A stretch of 64,000 nt of DNA, from assembly GCA_964252035.1 (NCBI GenBank), contig OZ176200.1; one strand, 5' to 3'. Shown here piece by piece: positions 54,501 to 64,000 of this stretch. The number at the start of each line of letters is the position of its first letter. Position 1 is the stretch's first letter. The stretch comes from Podarcis erhardii. Taxonomy: Eukaryota. Under the pieces are notes generated by a model. That model worked only from the letters and a program-made list of their open reading frames with translations. It was not told where the DNA came from and did no database searches. Both the position numbers and the translations under genes were made by a program.

Positions 54501-55587
54501 TATTCTTTGTAGCAGAAACAGTTGAAACAGAGTCTGGCTCACTTTAGCTATCGTGCAAAAACACTGGGTTGTTTTCACCATAGGTAAGACCCCACATTTA
54601 GAATCATAGAATTGTAGAGTTGGAAGAGACCTAAAGGGTTATGCAGCCTGTTTCATTGCATGCAACTTCACAGTATACCTTGAGGGGATCACCAAAAAGA
54701 TCACCTCAAACATGCAGGAACCCACTAGAGTCCATAAGTCTCTGGGGGTGGAGTCGACCATCCTAATGGGTCCCCCATCCCTGTAGGAGAAAGTTAGTGC
54801 TTTTAGCCCAAACTTATGACCATGACAACTGGCTCATAGAAACCCTCTCTTTTTTCCAGACCATCAACCTTGTCACCAGAGACAACAACCAAATCAAATA
54901 GATGACCTGCACTATGTATTGGGCTGGTGACCACTTGAGACAGCTCCATGTTAAATGATGAACAATCCTTGTTCATAGCTCAGCATCCTGCAAACAGAAT
55001 ACCCCATTCCACTCAATACCGGTTCAGCAAATATAAGCACAAATAGATGTGATCAATTTAATACACCCCCTAAAAAATTTCTGCTGGTTGGAACACCTAG
55101 AAACCTTGCAAGAAATTGGGGGAAAGCAGCTACAAAATTGACTCAGGCAGGAAAGAATGTCTTCAGCTCAGCAAGGTTGACTGCCGTAGTAATTCCCTCT
55201 TTGGAAGCCTGGCAAGCATCCACCACCTCAAGAGGTTTAGGATTCAAGTTTACATTTTGGTGAGATTTGCTGTCCCAGACGTGTGTGTTTTTCTAATTAG
55301 CGAAGTGACTGGAGCTGTCCTCCTTCCTTATAAAGCAAAGGAGAGGAGGCTAGAGGAGGGTTGCACACTCTCCTGCTTCCTGAATGTGGGGTGTCATTCC
55401 CTTCCGATGAACTGAGAATGCATAAATAACTAGAGGCCTGTGTACATGGTTCTGGACTTGCAGTCCTAGAGAGCTGTTCTCTCCTATACATTCACCAGTG
55501 CAAGCCATCACTTTCTGCATCTGTCTAATCAGCACGAGTAACAAATCAATACGGGTGAATATCAAGAAGCTGGTTAGTCTGCATGGT

Positions 55588-55703
55588 TAGGTAAGGTAAA
55601 GGACCCCTGGATCATTAAGTCCAGTCCAAAGCGACTACGGGGTGCATTGCTTGTCTCACTTTCAGGCCAAGGGAGCCAGCATTTGTTCACAAACAGGTTT
55701 CTG
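55588..55703 (-). mobile_element. Sauria SINE 3' fragment
   Basis: aggtaaggtaaaggacccctgg..aagtccagtc...ctcactttcaggcc..gggagccagc; parallels 10489-10600. Confidence 0.8.
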
Positions 55704-55792
55704 AAACTATTTTTTGGAATTCAGACTGTATGTGAAATATGGTATGTGATGGATTTTTTGTTGAAGTTAATGGATAGGAATTCTTCTTTAAT

Positions 55793-55793
<1 letters not shown>

Positions 55794-55823
<30 letters not shown>

Positions 55824-55829
55824 AAGAAG
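55794..55829. repeat. (AAG)12 microsatellite
   Basis: Direct reading; explains the poly-K ORF at 55647-55934. Confidence 0.95.
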
Positions 55830-57943
55830 GAGACGACTCTGAAAGCCAGGGCCACCACCATCTCTGGGCTGGTTCTAAGTAAGAAGGCAAGTGGATGGGG
55901 GCTAGCTCAGGGCAGACAGGGATTGTTAGGGTAATGCTTCATTCACCCTATGGAAATACCATCCACTGGTCTCCGACTATTTTAAAAGGAGAAGGCCATC
56001 ACTGCTACCTGGCTTATACTTGTACTGTAAAAAAACCAGCCTCATATAACCAGCATGTTTCAGTCTAATTAATGCATGAAAGGGTTAATGCCATAGAGTA
56101 AGCTGGCCTGCCAGGTATAGCCTATGTCACTTCCCTTATCCTTGGGAGGAAGTGGGCAACCAAGTCTTTTGTTATACTCAGTCTACTTATGAATTTGGTG
56201 CATGAGGAGCTCTGAGCTGCTCTGTCCAGCCACATGGCTTTGGCCAGCCTCTTTTGTTTGAGACAAGAATGGAGTCTGAAACTAACATTTTAGGAACTTT
56301 TTACCATTTTTTAACCAAGTAGTTTTTTACTGCAACTTTTTCTGACTTCTGTATGGAAAAAGCACATGAATCTGACCTTTGAAGAGCTCTGTAACTAAAC
56401 CATTTTTTAACTTGCCAAACATGAGATCTATCTTTGTGCTAGGGGCACTTTGGGATTCACTGGAAAGGGCACCATGTAAAGTTTTTACAGCTTCTATTTC
56501 CAGACTTCGTTGCATGCTTTCCCATGTTAAATCTCTGCTGGGGTTCTCTCACCAAAGAGCCCCAAACGTAGGTCTTGGCTTACAGGATTTCCAACATGCA
56601 CAGTCAAGCTGATTGCATTGGCAGCACCTTAGTGACATCTTCATAACTTCTAACACCACTGAGCCCACCACTGTTTTCACCATTGGGCTGATGTGGCTGC
56701 CTCCATCTTGGATTTTTCTTTTAGAAACGCAGGACTAGCTTGCCCCTGAACAGCAAACATCTGCACGCAATCTCCTGTTTACCCTGCTCTGTGTTCCCGC
56801 TTCGCCCATGCCAGTCTCTGATGTCTTCATTTATGCAGTCTGTGCATGGGTTTTGTTTTTTAAGTGTGCCCAGCCCATTTTTATGGTTTTCTGCTCTCAA
56901 CATTCTTCCAGGCCATCTGTGTGAGGCCCAGGCCAGCTGGGAAAGGACGATGATGCATCTGGGGCAGTGCAAAGAACACTCTGTGGCCACAAGCATGTTA
57001 AGTGCACGGCCCCTCGGGGAATTGCAGCTCTTTTAATTTCCGTTCCGGTCTGAGCTTGCGCATGTCTCCAGCATGCGCTGCTAACCAACTGCACACTATG
57101 CCTGAAGAAAGGTGTTGCGACAGTCCTTCAGGAAGCCATGTGCAGCTTATGTGAGTCCCAAATGGCAGAGAGAAGAGGTGGCAAAACCCTAACCTTGAAT
57201 TTTAAACCCTGAGCAATGACTTTTCACTGGTGGTGAGGGCTGGGGAACGTGCTAGAGTCCAGTAGATGGCAGCAGACGAGAAAGAATAGATCTGAAAGGA
57301 CAACGTTGTGGGATAGCTTCTAAGGGCCAGTCTCTGCATTGTTTTTGCAATGTGTAGAAAGACTTGATCAGGTGGGGTTCTGAGGCCCTCTGGTGGCAGA
57401 CTGTCAGAACCGCAGGCATGCCCTAGAGACACAATTTTAATATTGCTATTTTAGTTTTCTCTTTAATGCAGATCGAAATAAAAAAGCCTTCTGGAAGTAA
57501 CTCCAGCCTTTTCCTGGAGTCCATCAGGAAACTAATGAAACCGTCATACCAGAGTTATGAAGCATCTCTTCTGCAATCAACAGAGCATCTGCGTATGTGT
57601 GTGTTAGAGGGCAGCGGGCAGGAAAGTGTTAAAGGATTGGGGGAGGGATGAGTTAGCCACCAGATGTCCGGAGCCAATATGTAGGTCACCTATTTCCCTC
57701 CTGTGGGATCTGAATTGCTGTTCTGCATCCATGCATAAGTAAAGTCGCCTAATATGGCAGTAGTGAATCTGCTCCATTTCAGGAAATGTCAATCTGATTT
57801 CTGAAAGCAAAGAACTCAGCTGATGCTTTGAAAATTGGCACAGTTATTCTACTGCTAAGCATGCTTTTTTTAAAAAAATTGCATTTTAAAAAGAAATTGC
57901 TATGCAAGGTAGAGCTGACTATGTAATGTTAAACTGAAACACT

Positions 57944-58586
57944 ATAATAATAATAATAATAATAAATTATTTATATCCCGCCCTCCCCAGCCGAAGCCGG
58001 GCTCAGGGCGGCTTACAACACTAAAACAGTGCAACATTATAAAAACATTATAAAAATTAATTAAAATCAAAATTGATGGCAACCATAAACTAAAGTTTTG
58101 TAAAGATTGCCAAGGAGGGAGTCAGGCTGCGCCCTGACCAAAGGCCTGGTGGAACAGCTCTGTCTTGCAGGCCCTGCGAAAAGATGTCAAGTCCTGCACG
58201 GCCCTTGTCTCTTGTGACAGAGCGTCCCACCAGGTTGGAGCTGCAGCCGAAAAAGCCCTGGCTCTGGTTGAGGCCAGCCTAACCTCTCTGTGGCCTGGGA
58301 CCTTCAAGATGTTTTTATTTGAAGACCGTAAGTTCCTCTGTGGGGCATACCAGGAGAGGCGATCCTGTAGGTACGAGGGTCCTAGGCCATATAGGGCTTT
58401 GAAGGTTAAAACCAGCACCTTAAACCTGATCCTGTACTCCACCGGGAGCCAGTGCAGCTGGTATAGCAGCGGATGAATGTGATCTCGCAGCGAAGACCCC
58501 ATAAGGAGTCTTGCTGCGGCATTCTGCACCCGCTGGAGTTTCTGGGTCAGTCTCAAGGGCAGCCCCACGTAGAGCGAGTTACAATA
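57944..58586 (-). mobile_element. L2 LINE 3' fragment (second subfamily)
   Basis: 148-aa open RT C-terminus KLQRVQNAAARLL...LHWLPVEYRIRFKVLVLTFKAL...; AT-rich tail. Confidence 0.93.
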
Positions 58587-59157
58587 ATGGTATAATGTAT
58601 ATGTATGTATAATGGTAAGAAATAAATATGAATTTCAAAAAGTGTACAAGCTTTCAATAGGTTGTTGTCTAAGAATAACTTACTATGCTGTACTTGAGAT
58701 GTCCCCTCTCCTGTTCAGCCATTCTTATCAAATCAATACTGTATCTACTGTATCGTAGAGAAAATTGTATTTGCATTTTTTATTTAATAGAAATATGGAT
58801 TTCCCCCCACTTTGTTCCTTGCAGATCCCTGCAATTTGGGTTTGAGAAAGTAGGAGCAAAATGTTTGGCCTTTGTGAAATATGGGAGTATAAACCAATAA
58901 GGATTGCAAGAGGAGCAGTAGCTCCTACTAACATGAATATTAATAGGGAATTTTAATAGGGGATTGGAGCCTTAGGCAGATAAGTATGTGCCTTTTTCAG
59001 CACATCCCCCAATACAAAACTAGATTATGAAGAGTTGAAGAAGATGAAGAGTTGAAATAAAACGTACTGACAATCATCTGTGGGTGCTGTTGGTCCTTGT
59101 AGGAAATGGGTTTTCACTATTCTTTACTGCAGACAGTGGGGTCAGATTTATGTGTTT

Positions 59158-59966
59158 CAAAACGACCTTGACAGATTAGAGAACTGGGCCAAAACAAACA
59201 AGATGAATTTTAACAGGGAGAAATGTAAAGTATTGCACTTGGGCAAAAAAAATGAGAGGCACAAATACAAGATGGGTGACACCTGGCTTGAGAGCAGTAC
59301 ATGTGAAAAGGATCTAGGAGTCTTGGTTGACCACAAACTTGACATGTGACGCGGCAGCTAAAAAAGCCAATGCAATTCTGGGCTGCATCAATAGGAGTAT
59401 AGCATCTAGATCAAGGGAAGTAATAGTGCCACTGTATTCTGCTCTGGTCAGACCTCACCTGGAGTACTGTGTCCAGTTCTGGGCACCACAGTTCAAGAAG
59501 GACACTGACAAACTGGAACGTGTCCAGAGGAGGGCAACCAAAATGGTCAAAGGCCTGGAAACGATGCCTTATGAGGAACGGCTAAGGGAGCTGGGCATGT
59601 TTAGCCTGGAGAAGAGGAGGTTAAGAGGTGATATGATAGCCATGTTCAAATATATAAAAGGATGTCACATAGAGAAGGGAGAAAGGTTGTTTTCTGCTGC
59701 TCCAGAGAAGCGGACACGGAGCAATGGATCCAAACTACAAGAAAGAAGATTCCACCTAAACATTAGGAAGAACTTCCTGACAGAGCTGTTCGACAGTGGA
59801 ATTTGCTGCCAAGGAGTGTGGTGGAGTCTCCTTCTTTGGAGGTCTTTAAGCAGAGGCTTGACAACCATATGTCAGGAGTGCTCTGATGGTGTTTCCTGCT
59901 TGGCAGGGGGTTGGACTTGATGGCCCTTGTGGTCTCTTCCAACTCTATGATTCTATGATTCTATGA
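59158..59966 (+). mobile_element. CR1 LINE 3' fragment (young, about 810 bp)
   Basis: QNDLDRLENWAKTNKMNFNREKCKVLHLG...[13 protein letters not shown]...; (ATTCTATG)n tail; small internal deletions break the frame. Confidence 0.95.
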
Positions 59967-61690
59967 GATGATAGCTGTAAACCAACTTATCCAAAAGCTT
60001 ATTTAACTCTCGATTCTCTCATATTTTATTTGAAAATGGAGATCTACTGCTGATACAATAGTGATGCTTTCTCCTTTGCAATAACTAAGTAGGATTTTAT
60101 ATGGCTGTGTGATATGTGAGTCAGTTACATAATAGCTGGCTGCTGCTTGGAGGAATGTTTTGTTTTTTAATGATATAAGTGAGTTTATGGATTGGTTAAA
60201 TAACAGAGCTGCAATCCTATGCAAACCTGAGAGACTTATTTCTGGTAAGACATGCATCAGATTGCACTGTTAGTTAAGTGATTAATTAGATTATTAATTA
60301 ATAATATATTTTACTAAGGTACCTGGGATTAATCAGAAAGCAGGTTTTTTAAAAACATATGTTCTTACAAATCCATGGGTGAGGCTGACAGGTGCTTTCT
60401 TAAATGAGGCATACCCCCAAAATCTAACATAATCTAACATAAGCATGGAGGTCTCCTTTCCAGTAAAGGTTCTGGTTGGTAATCAAACACCCTCCCCAAA
60501 GAATCTGTTATGCTGCCTTCTTTCTAGACATTTCAGTGCAATTTGAAAGCTTTTTATTCCCCCCCCGACTTTCAGAAATGTTAACATTTGAATCCACTGT
60601 ATTTTAGATATTTCATATAAATATTATACATCGCTTCAAGATGCTTCATGCGAAGCTATTCATAAATGAAATTATTATTAATAATATTTTTGGATACTTT
60701 TAGTGGTCCCCCCCCCTGTGTTGCTTTATTCTGCTGCTGACATTATGATGCCGAATTTTTACAATGGAGTTTGTTTACTTTTTAAAATTTTCCTGTGGTT
60801 ATTATCGTACAATATTTTATTTTAATTTTTGCTTTATGCCTGGAGAACAGTTATTAGATGGCGTATAAATGTTGTCAATAAATTGAATAAATGGTGGTGA
60901 CACCTAAATAATCTAAAAGCAGAGTGCACTAATATTTTATTTGTGTGAAAATGTATAAAACTCATTTATTGTCATGTTGACTGACAGCCCCAGGCAAACA
61001 AACCTCACAAACTGATTAATTATATAAATAAAAACTTCAAATGATAAAAGCATGGCTTGGATCCTGATCCTTTCAGGATTTGTGTGGTCAGTTTGAATTA
61101 TCCTCAGGAGCACCCATATCGCTAAAGGAAAAAGAGTGGACCCCAGATATTTACCCTGTTGTGTGTCTACCTCCTGGCCTTAGGAATAAGAGGTTTCTGG
61201 TGAATAGAAATTCACCAAACACATTAATCAGACACATTGGTAAATCAGATACAGATGTTAATACTGAAACCTACACAGTCAAACCACTCCTTAGCCCTTA
61301 TGGATAATTAGCTGCTATTGCAGTAGAAGGCAATTAATTAAGAACATTTTTATTGGATGGGATCAAGTAATGGATTCATCAGAAATAAGTGCATACCTGC
61401 AGAGACTATATCTATGGATATTGATTTAGAAGTACTACTTGTGTTTAGTGGGGCTTACTCCCAAGTAATTATGTATGGCATTGAAACCCATTGAATGGCT
61501 AATAGTAACAGCAGCCTCTTATATACAGCAATTTATGTTTTCAGAATGAGGATGACAAACAAAACAATCTTAGCATTTTTAAAGCGTATTTGCCATCTTG
61601 AGCAGCCTGTTTTTATTATTGTTATTATTATAATTAAAACTACAAATAGATGTTTTTCACCAATAAGTTTTTCACCAAGTTTTTCATACA

Positions 61691-61725
61691 CCCACCCACA
61701 CACCCACCCACCCACCCACCCACCC
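61691..61725. repeat. (CCCA)n repeat; (CA)n repeat nearby at about 61817-61843
   Basis: Direct reading. Confidence 0.9.
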
Positions 61726-62724
61726 ATAGCTGTCAACGTTTTCCTTTTTTAAAGGGAAATTCCCTTATTCTGAACAGGATTCCTCACAAGAAAAGGGAAA
61801 AGTTGACAGCTATGAGACACACACACACACACACACACACACATAAAAATGATCCATGGGGAGAGCCACTCTGCTAAGCCTTCAATGCCGAAGTAGTTTG
61901 AGAAATTAACAGAATAGTATTGTCTCCACACTCATGGCTCTATCCCTCCCCTGCCAATCTCTGGACTTGTAGACTAGATATCAAGGTTTGGAAGGAGGGA
62001 GAGTGTTTTGGCTATATGTATGTGCATGGCGAGAGGTTGTGCATCGTTTCTGTCTGAGCCAACAATAGCTTTGCTTCCAGGCGGCTAATAGGATCAGTGA
62101 TGGAAATGAGATTAGGAAACTGATTTTGAACATTTTGTTTCATCTAAAGGGATTATGTTGTATGAGTCTTGGGGGGGAAATTAATCGCCTTGTTCCTCTT
62201 AAAAGCAAACCTATATTTGTATTTGGAATCTGCTTGCTGCTGCATCTTCACCATGTGATCAATACTAATTTATCAGCTTCTTCATTTATAATGATTGTCC
62301 TGGGATGCTTTTCACAACTGCATTAAGGAACTGCTCAGGGCATCCTTCTCAGGTTTTATGCACCATTTTAAGGTGTTGATTTTCATGGGACTGAAATCCC
62401 ACTGGGCTGGACGGCAACATATCTTTTAGCCCACCCACAAATCCAGTTTAGATAGCAGGATCCGGTTTACAGAACAGTAAAGAGTAATGCTTAAAAAATA
62501 TATATATTAGTAGACCTTATTTAAAGCTGTGATCTGCAAAGCATTCACCTATTTCTCACCTTTCTGACGAACCTTTAGCAGCAAGAGGCTGAAGATTAAT
62601 AGAATTCAAACATACTGTAGTGAACTGGAGAAAGATGCTACTTGGCATGACTGAAACATGTCTGAAGCACCTGTAATAAAAAGGCCCATTTAGTTATCCT
62701 TCTAAAGAAACATTGATGACAATA

Positions 62725-62967
62725 CAGTGGTACCTTGGTTTAAGAACAGCTTAGTTTATGAACAACTTGGATTAAGAACGCTGCAAACCCGGAAGTAGGT
62801 GTTTTGGTTTGTGAACTTTGCCTTGGAAGCAGAACATGTTCCTCTTCCTGTGCCATTTGTAAATTGAGTCCCACGCTGCTATGGGAAAGTATGCCTTGGT
62901 TTAAGAACACTTTGGTTTAAGAACGGACTTCCGGAACGGATTAAGTTCATAAACCAAGGTACCACTG
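62725..62967. mobile_element. Tc1/pogo (Tigger-like) MITE, 243 bp
   Basis: TIR CAGTGGTACCTTGGTTTA (23 bp with 1 mismatch); TA TSD on both sides. Confidence 0.92.
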
Positions 62968-64000
62968 TACACATATTCCTGGGATGCATTTATCCAAATA
63001 GGATATCTTGAGCTGCTTTTCCAGTTGTCTGTTTTGAACAGGAAAAAACGGCAACTGTCTGTTGTTGAGTTTTAGCATATGTGATCTCTTGTATAAATCC
63101 TTTCTGCATTTAGGTTTGCTTCTGTTATGCAAGTCACTGAGTAGCCACTGTAATTAAAACTGAAATAATTAATATCGGACTTACATAACAAGGGATGGAG
63201 GAAGAAAAGAGGCTTGGCTGCCCACATTGAAACCACACAGGGAAGAAAGGTGTGCAGTACAGTGTGTGACAAATGTGTCCACTTTTGCTCAAGGGTTTGT
63301 CCAGCCTTGTGAGTTAGCTGTCACATGCTGGACACAATTGCAGAACACATTGCTGCCATACATTAGTTAGGACTGAGGCTGTTCCTCCAAACTATGCAGG
63401 TTCCAGATACACTGGTTTCAAGTGTGTGTTTCCCTTATAAAACAAAATTTTAAATCCTTTTTTAAATCTTGGCCTCTTTATGCAAACTGTACTTTCATCC
63501 AGGGGGCACACATTTACAGGGCAACCTTATATATATATGCCTGTTTAGAAGTAAGATGTACAGTATTGGTTTCGGTGGGACTTAACTGCCAGGTGCCATA
63601 GGGTTATCTGTAGCCTAAACTTATATTTCGTTTGGAAAGGTCAGTGCTGCCTATTTTGTAGGCTAACTAACATATTTTACTGCTTTTTTTAAAAAAAAGA
63701 GCATCGTGTGCATTAACAATCATGGGCATTAACAATCAAAATAAGGAGCACTAACTTTTGTGTTTTCCATCAGCACTTCGACCACCTTTCCTTCGCTCTT
63801 CCTACCCCTACCCTGGAAAAAGCAGATGTGAGAAGTTTTTGGGGGAGAGGGATCGATTTTTGGACTTTAGCAGATCTATGTAAGGGTGAGCCCTGCCTGT
63901 TAAAAATTATGTTCGGGCTTCAGTGTACACAACCCCTGAAGGTGTAGAAGATCTGCCGCGAGACAATGTTAGCGAGAGAAAAATAAATAGAAACTGAAGC

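Noticed and set aside
55647-55934. Poly-lysine ORF
   Set aside because: Translation of an (AAG)12 microsatellite, as with the poly-Leu and poly-Ile ORFs at the (TAA)n and (TTA)n tracts
63900-64000. Possible start of the PPP6R3 promoter (next gene by recalled amniote synteny)
   Set aside because: Only a few CpGs at the window edge; no PPP6R3 sequence is visible

Overview
Squamate (probably lacertid lizard, judged from the POM-type Sauria SINE and other repeats) genomic DNA containing the 3' two-thirds of LRP5 (Wnt co-receptor) on the + strand. I resolved 16 consecutive coding exons, equivalent to human exons 8-23, at 18242-46973. All have GT-AG boundaries and consistent phases. They total 3270 nt (1089 aa plus stop) and encode the end of beta-propeller 2, propellers 3-4 with EGF repeats, three LDLa repeats, the TM helix and an intracellular tail with all five PPP(S/T)P-type motifs. 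Bases 1-18241 are presumed intron 7 (exon 7 not found; 140-N gap at 2621-2760). A short 3' UTR with a poly(A) signal follows the stop, then about 17 kb with no identifiable coding gene. The rest is TE debris: CR1, L2, L1, Sauria and Squam-type SINEs, hAT and Tc1/pogo-type MITEs, and microsatellites. There is no CRISPR, rRNA or true tRNA, and no demonstrable new system. The most interesting leads are hypotheses about LRP5 isoforms and regulation: an in-frame hydrophobic extension of exon 14, a promoter-like patch before the intracellular-domain exons, intronic polyadenylation, a PBE/CPE/hexamer cassette in the 3' UTR, and a triple ETS/TEAD repeat. Exon numbering and comparisons with human come from recalled LRP5 sequence, not from a search.
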